The notes under the pieces: generated by a model
What the model was told of the DNA's origin: nothing
Databases searched by the model: none
Seen by the model: only the letters and a program-made list of their open reading frames with translations
Shown: one piece after another, positions 27,863 to 37,465 of the stretch
How the letters are laid out: every line of letters starts with the position of its first letter
Position numbering within the stretch: the first letter of the stretch is position 1
From: a virus
Length of the DNA: 58,829 bases
Virus record (IMG/VR): IMGVR_UViG_3300045988_093898
Span: 1-58,829 of that record
Reading direction: 5' to 3' (one strand)
Translations under genes and position numbers: made by a program

Positions 27863-28609
27863 ATGAACGATTTACAGATATTTAATAATGAAGAGTTCGG
27901 AAAAGTAAGAACGGCTCTTGTAAATGAAGAACCAATGTTTTGCTTAATAGATATTTGCAAGGCGTTGGAAATTAAAAATGCTACTGATGTAGCGAAAAGG
28001 CTTGATGAAGATGAACTGACTAGATTAAATCTAGGCAGTCGTGCAGGTGAAACAAATTTCATAACAGAAAGCGGTTTGTATGCGGTTATCTTAAGAAGTG
28101 ACAAGCCGAATGCAAAGAAGTTTCGTAAATGGGTAACATCAGAGGTTCTTCCATCAATCAGAAAAAACGGCGGTTACATAGTAGGACAGGAAAACATGAC
28201 GGATGATGAACTCATGGCAAAAGCACTTATGGTGGCACAGAATAAGATTGCTGAGAGAGACAAACAGATTGAACGCATGAAACCGAAAGAAATATTTGCC
28301 GACGCAGTATCGGCTAGTGAAACATCAATCCTTGTCGGAGATTTAGCAAAGCTGATTTCTCAGAACGGTTACAAAATCGGACAAAAGAGGTTGTTTGAAT
28401 GGTTAAGAACGAATAACTTCCTTATTAAATGCGGTTCATCGAGAAATATGCCACAGCAGAGATTTGTTGAACAGGGATTGTTTGAAGTCAAAGAAAGCAA
28501 CATTCAGAACCCCGATGGCAGTGTGAGAATAACACGCACAACTAAGGTCACAGGCAAAGGGCAGATTTACTTTGTTAATAAGTTTATGAAAAGTGAGGTA
28601 ACAGCATGA
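27863..28609 (+). CDS. antirepressor (Bro-N + KilAC/ANT domains)
   Basis: LQIFNNEEFGKVRTALVNEEPMFCLIDICKALE (Bro-N). The C-terminal ...LAKLISQNGYKIGQKRLFEWLR...VTGKGQIYF is KilAC-like. Confidence 0.75.
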   Translation: MNDLQIFNNEEFGKVRTALVNEEPMFCLIDICKALEIKNATDVAKRLDEDELTRLNLGSRAGETNFITESGLYAVILRSDKPNAKKFRKWVTSEVLPSIRKNGGYIVGQENMTDDELMAKALMVAQNKIAERDKQIERMKPKEIFADAVSASETSILVGDLAKLISQNGYKIGQKRLFEWLRTNNFLIKCGSSRNMPQQRFVEQGLFEVKESNIQNPDGSVRITRTTKVTGKGQIYFVNKFMKSEVTA

Positions 28610-28761
28610 CAAGAGAACAGAGAATATCAGAAATCATGGACGAACTTTCATGTTGTCGTGATGTGGCAGAGCAGATGTTCTTAGACGAGATTTGCGACAA
28701 ATATGGAACTGATGATGTGGATGTGGCATTACAGATGTTTTTGGATGACGAGGAAACATAA
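28606..28761 (+). CDS. small acidic hypothetical protein (51 aa)
   Basis: ATGA overlap with the preceding stop. Read from the sequence. Confidence 0.35.
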   Translation: MTREQRISEIMDELSCCRDVAEQMFLDEICDKYGTDDVDVALQMFLDDEET

Positions 28762-28777
28762 AGAAAGGAGAATAAAA

Positions 28778-29005
28778 ATGGACGATTTTATCGAAAATGC
28801 TTTAAAAAACGAAATGTTGAAAACAACAGATGGAACTATATTTTTTGCAACGCTTTGCCAAAACAGACGAGCCATAGATTGTTTGGCTAATTCTACAAAA
28901 GAATTGATTGCACAATATGGCTTATCTGCTTCGGAAGCTAAAGGGTTTTTAGATTATATGAAGATTGTTATTGATGCTTCTTCATATCTTTCTCCAAAGA
29001 AATAA
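28778..29005 (+). CDS. hypothetical protein (75 aa)
   Basis: AAAGGAG 8 nt upstream of ATG 28778. Confidence 0.45.
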   Translation: MDDFIENALKNEMLKTTDGTIFFATLCQNRRAIDCLANSTKELIAQYGLSASEAKGFLDYMKIVIDASSYLSPKK

Positions 29006-29201
29006 TGCGAATGCCGCATTCGTCAAAATTAAACATGTCCGATTCGGGTATTTCTTTAGCAGTCTTGAGTATAGATAACACTTTGGCAGAGTGAGGATAT
29101 TCAAGACCACAGTTAGGACAAACAATTTTGTTAGTGGATATATCTTCATTTACAGTATATTCACTATGGCAAGTACAAAATATTTGAAACTTTAAAAACA
29201 C
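28968..29201 (-). CDS. zinc-ribbon protein (77 aa)
   Basis: CTCH...CPNC. A lone minus-strand ORF in the early region. Confidence 0.4.
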   Translation of the reverse strand: MFLKFQIFCTCHSEYTVNEDISTNKIVCPNCGLEYPHSAKVLSILKTAKEIPESDMFNFDECGIRIISLEKDMKKHQ

Positions 29202-29275
29202 AACTTCACCTCCTTATTAAATGATAAGGAGATTATACCACAGGGGCAAAAGAATAGAAAGTGAGGCATATAAAT

Positions 29276-29371
29276 ATGTTCGTAAACCCGTTTGCTTTAG
29301 GAATTTTGGCAACTTTATTCACGGAGATGGCTTTGTTCATTGTTTGGGCGTGGATTTCAAGTAAAAAATAG
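29276..29371 (+). CDS. small membrane peptide (31 aa)
   Basis: RBS GTGAGG. Hydrophobic sequence FALGILATLFTEMALFIVWAWI. Confidence 0.3.
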   Translation: MFVNPFALGILATLFTEMALFIVWAWISSKK

Positions 29372-29384
29372 AAAGGGAAAAGAT

Positions 29385-29513
29385 ATGAGTAAGATTGTTA
29401 CTGATATAAATGAATTATCAGTTTTTGAAATAGAACAGTTAGCAAAAGTGCTGAGGTTTGAACTTGTTATTAACAACGGTAACGAGATAAAGATTGTTAG
29501 AAAGGAGAAATAA
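29385..29513 (+). CDS. small hypothetical protein (42 aa)
   Basis: RBS AAGGGAAAAG. Read from the sequence. Confidence 0.3.
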   Translation: MSKIVTDINELSVFEIEQLAKVLRFELVINNGNEIKIVRKEK

Positions 29514-29516
29514 TAG

Positions 29517-29918
29517 ATGATAGACGCAAGTAGAAAAAGTGATGCGGAGAAGCCAACGGAAGTTATCGGTGTATCGTTTAATGTATATAACGAACTTATA
29601 TGCATATCGACAAAAGTTGATGTTGTAGTCGATTTAATGTGTCACGGAGTTTTAATGGCAGACGATGTTCTGAAAATATTGAAAGTCGAAACATCTTTGC
29701 CAAAGGAAACGACATTTGAAAGTTACATAGCAGTCCCAGTTTACTTTTATAACAATCTTGTAGATTTAAAAGTGCGTGTAGATGTTCTGCTAGATATGCT
29801 GGAAAACAACGACTATGTATCAACAGACGAGATTTTAAGAACACTTGGCACAGAGTTGGCGATTGAAGAAGCCGACAGATGGGAGAAAAAGAAAAATGAA
29901 AGGGTTGACAATAAATAA
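29517..29918 (+). CDS. hypothetical protein (133 aa)
   Basis: ORF track. RBS AAAGGAG. Confidence 0.5.
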   Translation: MIDASRKSDAEKPTEVIGVSFNVYNELICISTKVDVVVDLMCHGVLMADDVLKILKVETSLPKETTFESYIAVPVYFYNNLVDLKVRVDVLLDMLENNDYVSTDEILRTLGTELAIEEADRWEKKKNERVDNK

Positions 29919-30702
29919 TAAAGAGTATCGGGCAAGAGAGGGAGTGAGCAGTACCGACTTAAAGAAGATTGCAAAGTCCCCGGCTCATTTCCGTTACTGG
30001 AAAGATAACCCGCAGGAAGATACTCCAGCGTTGCTTTTTGGCAGAGCAGTACATAAATATGCTCTTGAAAAAGATAAGTTCACTGAGGAATTTGCGATAG
30101 CACCCGAAGTGAACAAAAGAAACAAAGAGGGCAAGGCTCAGTGGCTTTTATTTCAAGACCAAAATGAGGGCAAAGACATTATTTCACTTGAAGATTTTGA
30201 AAAGATAAAGGCTATGAGGGAAACATTATATCAGACATTTTTTGTAAGTCAGTTGTTAAAAGGCAAAAAAGAGCTGTCTTACTTCACGGAAGATGATGAA
30301 ACAGGCTTAACTATAAAGTGCCGTCCCGACTGTCAGACACAAATCGGAGATGCACATATTCTGATTGATTATAAATCCTGTGCAGATGCCAGCGGCGATA
30401 AGTTCATGCGTGACGCAATCAACTTAATGTATGACCTACAAATGGCATTTTATAAAGACATTATGGATAAAGTGACAGGGCACGAACACTCAGTCATTTT
30501 CATAGCACAGGAAAAAACACCCCCGTATGCAGTAAACATTCTTGAAGCAAATGAGTATTTTTTGAAAAGTGGCAGAGATATGTATAGAACTTATCTCAAT
30601 ATTTATAAAGAGTGTTTAGAAACTGGGAACTGGTATGGTTATACCAATGGTGCTATTAACACGCTTGGTTTGCCAAACTGGTTACAGAAACAATATGAAT
30701 AG
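29896..30702 (+). CDS. PD-(D/E)XK exonuclease (RecE/DUF3799-like)
   Basis: GVSSTDLKKIAKSPAHFRYW...LLFGRAVHKYALE and ILIDYKSC motifs. Upstream of recT. Confidence 0.68.
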   Translation: MKGLTINNKEYRAREGVSSTDLKKIAKSPAHFRYWKDNPQEDTPALLFGRAVHKYALEKDKFTEEFAIAPEVNKRNKEGKAQWLLFQDQNEGKDIISLEDFEKIKAMRETLYQTFFVSQLLKGKKELSYFTEDDETGLTIKCRPDCQTQIGDAHILIDYKSCADASGDKFMRDAINLMYDLQMAFYKDIMDKVTGHEHSVIFIAQEKTPPYAVNILEANEYFLKSGRDMYRTYLNIYKECLETGNWYGYTNGAINTLGLPNWLQKQYE

Positions 30703-30715
30703 AAAAGGAGATAAT

Positions 30716-31114
30716 ATGGATATTGTAATTTTAAATACAAGCCGTTTAAGAGTGGCTATTGATAAGTATGTAAAGAAAAACAATGAACATAGCATGACAG
30801 ATTGTTTTAAGCGTAAAAACTTAAATTCAAGTATTTTGTCGAAAAGCGAGAATAGATTTGTTTCTTCATATAAAAATAAGGTTACGGCTGAAATTGATGA
30901 ATATACAGCATACGGTGCTATGTATTCTGATGTGTGGCAACAGATTAAAAATTCTTTTGGTTTTAAAGCAGAAGATTTTGAAATTGAAAGGCTTCCTGCT
31001 ACATCTAACAGCTTAACTAACGGTAAAGTTTTAGATAGAAGAATTTCAGACTTAGAAGAAAAATATATTGTTTTGGCGAAAATAGTTGAGGAATTAAGAA
31101 GAAAAGGAGAATAG
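30716..31114 (+). CDS. hypothetical protein
   Basis: AAAGGAG upstream of ATG 30716. Confidence 0.5.
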   Translation: MDIVILNTSRLRVAIDKYVKKNNEHSMTDCFKRKNLNSSILSKSENRFVSSYKNKVTAEIDEYTAYGAMYSDVWQQIKNSFGFKAEDFEIERLPATSNSLTNGKVLDRRISDLEEKYIVLAKIVEELRRKGE

Positions 31115-31119
31115 AACGA

Positions 31120-31392
31120 ATGAGCAAATTAAGAGTTTGGCATAATTGCCAAGTAGGAGCGGTTAAAAACTTTTATGTCGAAGTTGAAAGCATTGAACAG
31201 GCTTGGAAAGTTCTTAATACATTGTGGAACTATGACTTGTTTCAGTATGAAAACCGTATAAAACCGGACTATTGTAACGCATCCGGACTTGAATATTTTG
31301 ACGAGAAAGAACACGAATGGTGCGAGTGGTGCGATGATGATGGATTAGAGATAAGAGAACATTTTGAAGAATTAGAGGAAAGCGAGGAATAG
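31120..31392 (+). CDS. hypothetical acidic protein (90 aa)
   Basis: ORF track. Confidence 0.5.
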   Translation: MSKLRVWHNCQVGAVKNFYVEVESIEQAWKVLNTLWNYDLFQYENRIKPDYCNASGLEYFDEKEHEWCEWCDDDGLEIREHFEELEESEE

Positions 31393-31395
31393 AAC

Positions 31396-32244
31396 ATGAA
31401 TGAAGTAAGCGTTAAGAACAACAATCATGTACCTTTTAACAACATAAATCAAGGTACAGTCGCAGTTGAAAGTAGCAGAGCAATAACAGAAGCACAGGGA
31501 AAATTGTTACTTGCAAAGCAGTTTCCGAGAAATTATACAAATTGCTATGCAACAGCTATTGAAGCGTGTCAGAGAAAAGGTTTTGCCGATAAAGCGTTTT
31601 TTGCATATCCACGAGGGGGACAGACTGTAACAGGAGTGACAATTAGATTTGCCGAGGAATTAGCAAGATGCTACGGCAATCTTGATTACGGTATCAAAGA
31701 ATTATCGCACGAAGATGGCAAATCTGAGATGCAGGCATATGCATGGGATTTGGAAACAAATACAGTATCAAGTCAGAACTTTACAGTTGAACATATCATG
31801 GAAACACGAAACGGCAGCAGAAAGTTGACAAGCCAGCGTGATATTTACGAGAGAACAGCTAATGACGGTGCAAGAAGATTAAGAAGCCGTATTTTGGCAA
31901 TCTTACCGCCAGATTTGGTTGAGGACTGCATCAAAGAGTGTAAAAAGACACTTGCAGGGCAGAACGGCATTCCTTTTAAAGATAAAGTTAAAAATATGGT
32001 TGTAGCTTTTGCTAAATACGGTGTTACAAAGGAAATGCTTGAAAAGAGATTAGACCACACTGTCGAGAGTATCAGTGAAGATGAACTGACAGAGTATATC
32101 GGCATTTTCAACGGTTTGGCACAGAAAGAAACAACGGTTTCAGATTGGTTTGAACAGCCAAAGACAGCAAGCCAGATGACTGCATTGCTTGAAGAAGCTG
32201 AGAAAGAAGAAAAAGAGAAAGCACAGAAAGAGGAAAAGAAATAA
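31396..32244 (+). CDS. recT: RecT-family single-strand annealing protein
   Basis: 282 aa. The ...AITEAQGKLLLAKQFPRN...AFFAYPRGGQTVTGVTIRFAEELARCYGNL pattern is typical of RecT. Confidence 0.78.
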   Translation: MNEVSVKNNNHVPFNNINQGTVAVESSRAITEAQGKLLLAKQFPRNYTNCYATAIEACQRKGFADKAFFAYPRGGQTVTGVTIRFAEELARCYGNLDYGIKELSHEDGKSEMQAYAWDLETNTVSSQNFTVEHIMETRNGSRKLTSQRDIYERTANDGARRLRSRILAILPPDLVEDCIKECKKTLAGQNGIPFKDKVKNMVVAFAKYGVTKEMLEKRLDHTVESISEDELTEYIGIFNGLAQKETTVSDWFEQPKTASQMTALLEEAEKEEKEKAQKEEKK

Positions 32245-32651
32245 TGACATACAAAGTGATGATTGATAAGAAAAACAGTACATTCCCCTTAAAAGGGTTG
32301 AATGAACTGTTGGGTGCGAGATTGTACAACCCACGCACGAAAAGATATACAAATTCTGTCAAGACTTCAAATGACAGGACTTGCTTAAAGGCAATAAAAA
32401 AGTGCTTGCCATCGGTGCATATTGATAAGCCTATTAAATGCACTTTCTACATTTACGCAGCCAACAAGATGCATGACAGAGGAAATCTTTGCAGTGCAAC
32501 AGAAAAGTCGTTTTTAGACGCTTTACAGATAGCGAAAGTCATTAGAAATGATGGCTGGGATGATGTTCTTGACAGCGTTTTTCACACAGAGGTTGACAAG
32601 GAAAATCCGAGAGTTGTAGTGGAAATTGAGGTTTTAGGAAAGGAGAAATAA
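32244..32651 (+). CDS. rusA: RusA-like Holliday junction resolvase
   Basis: 135 aa. DRGNLCSATEKSFLDALQIAKVIRNDGWDDV resembles the RusA D.DN...K...DAL...DD motif. Confidence 0.65.
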   Translation: MTYKVMIDKKNSTFPLKGLNELLGARLYNPRTKRYTNSVKTSNDRTCLKAIKKCLPSVHIDKPIKCTFYIYAANKMHDRGNLCSATEKSFLDALQIAKVIRNDGWDDVLDSVFHTEVDKENPRVVVEIEVLGKEK

Positions 32652-32996
32652 TTGAAAATAGTGAGAAATAAAAGTCAGTATGACTTTTTAATAAAAATTA
32701 AAAATGAATATGTTACTATAGCATGTCTCCGACCATGGTTGCTTGAAAGAAAATACAATTTATATTTTTATTATTATGGTGAAGAACATGAAGCAGGAAC
32801 ATATGCTTGCAACCACTTTATTAATGGCAATGTGAGTATTGTTGTTTGGGAAAAGGAAAACGAACTTTTTAGAGATTTTCTTGTAAGAGTGGAGCATATG
32901 ATATTAAAAAAATTGTATGCTATAGGAACTTCAATACTTGAAGAAACAAAAAATATTGATGATTCGGATTTAAAAAGTTGGGAAAAAAGAAAGTAG
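32652..32996 (+). CDS. hypothetical protein (TTG start)
   Basis: ORF track. AAGGAG upstream. Confidence 0.45.
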   Translation: MKIVRNKSQYDFLIKIKNEYVTIACLRPWLLERKYNLYFYYYGEEHEAGTYACNHFINGNVSIVVWEKENELFRDFLVRVEHMILKKLYAIGTSILEETKNIDDSDLKSWEKRK

Positions 32997-33004
32997 GTGA
33001 GAAT

Positions 33005-33301
33005 ATGAGAGTAATTTCGCAGAATGGAAAATCTGATATTCCATATGAATATTTTGTTTTTACAATAGTTGGTAATGGCAATAGTTATAGTATTATTGCA
33101 ACTAAAAATATTGCAGAACCACCAGAAGTGATTATGAATAGCATTTTGGCAACTTATTCAACCGAAGAAAAGGCAATTAAAGCTGTGGAAATGTTGAGAA
33201 CGAAATGCAGAAAATTCCAAGAAATAACAAGCGAAAATGGAAGATATTTTGCATTCAATTATCCGAAAGTTTTTCAGTTCCCACAGGATAGTGAGGTGTA
33301 A
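33005..33301 (+). CDS. hypothetical protein
   Basis: RBS TAGGTGAG upstream of ATG 33005. Confidence 0.45.
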   Translation: MRVISQNGKSDIPYEYFVFTIVGNGNSYSIIATKNIAEPPEVIMNSILATYSTEEKAIKAVEMLRTKCRKFQEITSENGRYFAFNYPKVFQFPQDSEV

Positions 33302-33302
33302 T

Positions 33303-33749
33303 ATGGACGTAATGGATGTTATAGAAACTGCTAAAAGACTTTTTAAAGATAGAGAAGAATATTTCAAAGAACTTGAAGCGTTAAAAGAGGATATAAGTTT
33401 CTTTGATATGTATATGAAAAGGAACAAGAAAAGTAAGGCTAAATTTGCAGTAAGAATTTTTTACAACTGTACTTCCAAAGTTTTTGATGATATTTGGAAA
33501 AAGTATAGTTATTATACGTCTGATATTGAAATAGTTTTTTCGGAGTTTATAGTTTTGAAAGCTATTATACAAGATATTGACGAAGATACAAACCGTTTTA
33601 CTAAAAATACAAAGAAAGAATTTATAGATTATTTCGAGCAGTACGGAGAGACTATGGTAAAAGATTATGTTTCAGACTTTATTGGTTGTAGCAGAGGCTG
33701 TACAGCTGTACTTGAAAAAATTGAACAAATTAAAGCTGAGCAAATCTAA
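33303..33749 (+). CDS. hypothetical protein
   Basis: RBS GTGAGGTG upstream of ATG 33303. Confidence 0.45.
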   Translation: MDVMDVIETAKRLFKDREEYFKELEALKEDISFFDMYMKRNKKSKAKFAVRIFYNCTSKVFDDIWKKYSYYTSDIEIVFSEFIVLKAIIQDIDEDTNRFTKNTKKEFIDYFEQYGETMVKDYVSDFIGCSRGCTAVLEKIEQIKAEQI

Positions 33750-33771
33750 AAACTAAGGAGTTGAACTACAA

Positions 33772-34335
33772 ATGAGTGCAAGGAGAGCCGCTATAAGGCG
33801 TGAGAGATTGCAGAGGAACAAAATTGAGAAGAAAAAAGGTGCTATGGCTGAACTTGAAAGAGCAAAAGAGCAAGGCATTATTGATGGTAGGGCGATAGGA
33901 GTTAGTGCGTGTCTTGAAGTGTTACACAGTAAATATAAATTTAGCAACAATAAAGCACAACAGTTACTCAATGTTATGGGGAGAGAAAGTGCAAGACTTG
34001 ATGATACAGGTGTTAGATTTGTTGCAAATTACTATGCTGAGAAGTTTGAAAAGAAACTAGATGCACTGGAAATGTATCAAGATACAGCTGATATTGCTAC
34101 AAAGATTTATTGTGCATCAAAGCATGAGTTGTTTGTAACATCAGTCGCAATAGTCTTGATGGTGCTAAATGAATTATGGAATTTTAGCAGTAACGATAAA
34201 AACACTGGTCGGCTTGATTACATCATGGAGTATTGCACAAATCGGTATTTAGAAATGCAACTTGACCCCGACAAAAACACAGCAGAATATTACTTTGAGC
34301 GAATGTTAAGACGGACTGGTTATAAGTTACATTAA
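33772..34335 (+). CDS. hypothetical protein (187 aa)
   Basis: ORF track. RBS AAGGAG. Confidence 0.5.
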   Translation: MSARRAAIRRERLQRNKIEKKKGAMAELERAKEQGIIDGRAIGVSACLEVLHSKYKFSNNKAQQLLNVMGRESARLDDTGVRFVANYYAEKFEKKLDALEMYQDTADIATKIYCASKHELFVTSVAIVLMVLNELWNFSSNDKNTGRLDYIMEYCTNRYLEMQLDPDKNTAEYYFERMLRRTGYKLH

Positions 34336-34561
34336 GAGGTAAATATGATAGACGAAAAGAAGATTATTAAGAAAATCGAAAACAGGATAGAAGCAAGAGA
34401 ACAAAGCAAATCCGATTTAAGAAAGGAATAACGAGTACCCGGTAAACCGGGTTGATGCAGAGGGTGTATAACTGCTAGCGAAAAATCCTAATTAGTAGAG
34501 TGTAAAAAGCGTGTGAAGCCATTTAGGATTATCCATGTTACGGTATTTGTAGCGTGGTGTT

Positions 34562-35302
34562 ATGACAAAACTAAAAGTATGTTGGATAAGTGCAGGAATA
34601 TCAAGTTTTATGGCAGGATATTTAGCAGGGGATGTAGATGAATGGATTTACATAGACATTGCCGACCAGCATAAGGACAGTATCAGATTTATCAAAGATT
34701 GTGAGAAAGCAATCGGAAAGAAAATAGAAATTTTAAGTAGTGCAGAGTATAAGAGTGTCGAAGATTGCGTCAAGGTTTTTGGCGGTTTTAGAAATCCTAG
34801 TAACAACTTTGCACCATGTACAAACTGGCTTAAAAAGAGAGTGAGAAAGGAGTGGGAAGAACAACACAAAGATTGTGAATTGACTTATGTGTGGGGATTT
34901 GACTTGAAAGAGAAGAACCGAGCAGAACGAACCATTGAAGCCAATCCGCAAGCAAATCATGAGTTTCCACTTATTGACAAATGCTTGTCTAAGGAAGAAG
35001 TACATGGACTATTTGAACGGACTTTTGATTTTAAGCGACCACTCATGTATGACTTAGGTTACCCAAATAATAATTGCATTGGTTGTGTCAAGGGCGGCAT
35101 GGGTTATTGGAATAACATTCGTAAAGATTTCCCTGAGGTATTTAAGGCAAGGTCAGAACTTGAAAGACAGGTCGGTTACGCAATGTTAAAGGATAGCAAC
35201 GGCAAGCCAATTTTTCTTGACGAATTAGAACCGACGAGAGGAAACATGAATACTGAAATTTTTCCCGATTGCGGCATAATGTGTTATTTGAATTTAGAGT
35301 GA
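34562..35302 (+). CDS. PAPS reductase / PP-loop ATP-pyrophosphatase family protein
   Basis: N-terminal CWISAGISSFMAG (PP-loop-like). The ...FPLIDKCLSKEEVHGLF...LGYPNNNCIGCVKGG pattern is typical of phage PAPS-reductase-like proteins. Confidence 0.65.
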   Translation: MTKLKVCWISAGISSFMAGYLAGDVDEWIYIDIADQHKDSIRFIKDCEKAIGKKIEILSSAEYKSVEDCVKVFGGFRNPSNNFAPCTNWLKKRVRKEWEEQHKDCELTYVWGFDLKEKNRAERTIEANPQANHEFPLIDKCLSKEEVHGLFERTFDFKRPLMYDLGYPNNNCIGCVKGGMGYWNNIRKDFPEVFKARSELERQVGYAMLKDSNGKPIFLDELEPTRGNMNTEIFPDCGIMCYLNLE

Positions 35303-35311
35303 GGTGAGAAC

Positions 35312-35494
35312 ATGACAGTAGACGAATTTAAGCTACTTGTAATAGATACTAAAATCTCGGTGCGTGATATACGCACTGGGGAGTATCTGAAAAATAAAAA
35401 CGAATATGGCAGCAGGAAAATACAGGAAGTGTATGCAAGAGCACACAGGTATAAAGACAGCTATGAGGGAAATATAGTTTTGCTGGTGAGGTGA
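35312..35494 (+). CDS. hypothetical protein (60 aa)
   Basis: ORF track. RBS GTGAGGTGAG. Confidence 0.4.
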   Translation: MTVDEFKLLVIDTKISVRDIRTGEYLKNKNEYGSRKIQEVYARAHRYKDSYEGNIVLLVR

Positions 35495-35498
35495 TGTA

Positions 35499-35699
35499 AT
35501 GAGCTGTAAGAATTGTACTGAAAGAAGAATAAACTGCCATGCTGTATGCGAAAAATACATAAAGTGGAAAGCTGAGGACGATAAACGCAAAGAAGAAATA
35601 CGCAAGAAGCGTGATGAATTAGTGAATATCACAGGCTATGAGAAACAAAGACATATAAACATGAAAACACGAAGAAAAGTAAGTGTTGATAGGATTTGA
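35499..35699 (+). CDS. Cys-rich small protein (66 aa)
   Basis: CKNC...CHAVC motifs. Confidence 0.4.
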   Translation: MSCKNCTERRINCHAVCEKYIKWKAEDDKRKEEIRKKRDELVNITGYEKQRHINMKTRRKVSVDRI

Positions 35700-35748
35700 A
35701 AGGAGATGAATGTCCGTTTTGAGAATATAAAGGACAAGATATGTCGTT

Positions 35749-35937
35749 ATGAGACGAAATCGTACTGAAATATGGTGCGGTTTATCAAGAGAATTTCATT
35801 TTGTCAAAGTTGATGAATTGAAAGATACGGCAATTAAAACATACAGAACAGCAAAACAGGCTGAAAGTGGTTGCTCTTCTTGGGATAGAGATTTTGAAAT
35901 TGTTGAGTGCAAAGAAATTATTGATATAGGAGAGTAA
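35749..35937 (+). CDS. hypothetical protein (62 aa)
   Basis: ORF track. Confidence 0.4.
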   Translation: MRRNRTEIWCGLSREFHFVKVDELKDTAIKTYRTAKQAESGCSSWDRDFEIVECKEIIDIGE

Positions 35938-35939
35938 AA

Positions 35940-36260
35940 ATGAAGTTATTCAAAACACATAGAGACATTGAAATAAACAAACGATTTGGAAATGTGAGAA
36001 TTTCAACATTCAAATATTCAAAGCCTATTGAAAATTCTGACAAGTGGGAACATTGCACAGAGATTTCTTGTTGGTATGACAGAGATTGTGAAAACTGCCC
36101 TATGGGGTGAGAAGAGTGTGGTTACGAGGGCGAATGTAACGATTGTGGCTGTTTATTTGATTACAATTTCAGAGTTCCTATATGGAAATGTATGTTGCCT
36201 AAATGGATTAAAAACATAATAGCAAGACATTACAAAAATAAGAATGCGTGTCCGTTTTAG
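35940..36260 (+). CDS. Cys-rich protein interrupted by one in-frame TGA (36108..36110)
   Basis: ATG 35940 to TGA 36108. The same frame then stays open for 50 more codons to TAG 36258-60, with no internal start. Context is CENCPMG-TGA-EECGYEGECNDCGC. Confidence 0.45.
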
Positions 36261-36272
36261 AAAGGAGTAGGA

Positions 36273-36641
36273 ATGGAGAGATTAACAAACAGAGAATATG
36301 GCGAAATTTCCTGCACAGGCAGAGAAATACCATGCAGTTCATTTTGCAATAACTGTTCTCAGGGTACAGGTAATTGTGAGATTGTAAAAAGAATGGTTGA
36401 GAAGTTAGCTGATTATGAGGACTTAGAAGAACGGGGCAGACTTCTCAAGCTACCTTGCGATAAAGTATATTACATTGTTGATAAGAACAATCCGAAATAT
36501 ACGGCAGTAATGAGTAAAGCTATAAGAGATTTGACAGTTTATGAAATTGAAAATATTGATATTGACGGAAGATATTTTTCAACAAAGGAATTAGCCGAAG
36601 CAAAACTGAAAGAATTGAGAGGTAATCAGAATGAAGTGTAA
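36273..36641 (+). CDS. hypothetical protein (122 aa)
   Basis: ORF track. RBS AAAGGAG. Confidence 0.5.
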   Translation: MERLTNREYGEISCTGREIPCSSFCNNCSQGTGNCEIVKRMVEKLADYEDLEERGRLLKLPCDKVYYIVDKNNPKYTAVMSKAIRDLTVYEIENIDIDGRYFSTKELAEAKLKELRGNQNEV

Positions 36642-36698
36642 TGAGTGTAACAATGCAAATATATGTTTAGACCATATTGAACTACCTGACTTGCAGGG

Positions 36699-37139
36699 GT
36701 GTACAAGTGGAATACCAGACCGCATAGCAACCCTATGAGCTTTTGGACTGAACAGGATGTATTGCTTTACATCAAAGAAAACAATCTGCCTATTTGTTCA
36801 GTTTATGGCGAAGTAGTCACAGATTATGAAGCTATGGGGCAATGCGAGAATCAGATGTCATTTGCTGATTTTGGGCTTTTTGACAAGGAAAGACCATTGC
36901 TGAAAACCACAGGATGTCAAAGAACTGGTTGTGTACTGTGTGGGTTCGGATGTCACTTAGAGAAAAAAAGCAGATTTTTAAGGCTGAAAGAAACGCACCC
37001 TAAATTCCATAATCTGCTTTATATCTTGAAAAACAATGGCGTGACATACGCAGAAGCTATTGATTGGGTGAATGAACACGGAAATATGAATATTAAGTAT
37101 TACGAAAGTGAGGTGATTCAGAATGAAGATTTTAAGTAG
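36699..37139 (+). pseudogene. C-terminal fragment of a second PAPS-reductase-like gene (N-terminal PP-loop half absent)
   Basis: SNPMSFWTEQDVLLYIKENNLPICSVYGE...TGCVLCGFG is the C-terminal signature only. The frame opens just after a stop and there is no convincing RBS. Confidence 0.4.
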
Positions 37140-37398
37140 GAAGAAATATAATAAACTCATTGAAGATTTTGAGAAATCGCAGAAAAAGGTCGAGGAACTC
37201 AAAAGGATAAACGAGAGTCTTGGGAAAAAGTTGGAAGATAAAAAGACAAGTTGCAAATTGAACAATGGCAAGGATTTCTGTTTTAACTGTAAAAACTCTT
37301 ACAGATACAAGACATACTGGGGAGTGACAGAATACGAAAAATGCGGTTGCTTGCTTGATGTGCCTTGCGAGAGTTTTGAAAGAAAAGAAGATAACTAA
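37123..37398 (+). CDS. hypothetical protein (91 aa)
   Basis: ORF track. Confidence 0.45.
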   Translation: MKILSRKKYNKLIEDFEKSQKKVEELKRINESLGKKLEDKKTSCKLNNGKDFCFNCKNSYRYKTYWGVTEYEKCGCLLDVPCESFERKEDN

Positions 37399-37465
37399 CT
37401 AAAAACCAAAGAAAGGAATAGGTTGTCGCGACATAAAACCGAGGTTTCCTTTTGGGAGAAAAAGT

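Noticed and set aside
34432-34561. preQ1-type riboswitch upstream of the PAPS-reductase-like gene
   Set aside because: I could not match the sequence to the preQ1-I consensus (a short hairpin plus an A-rich tail) or to any other riboswitch I know. It is kept only as an unclassified structured leader.
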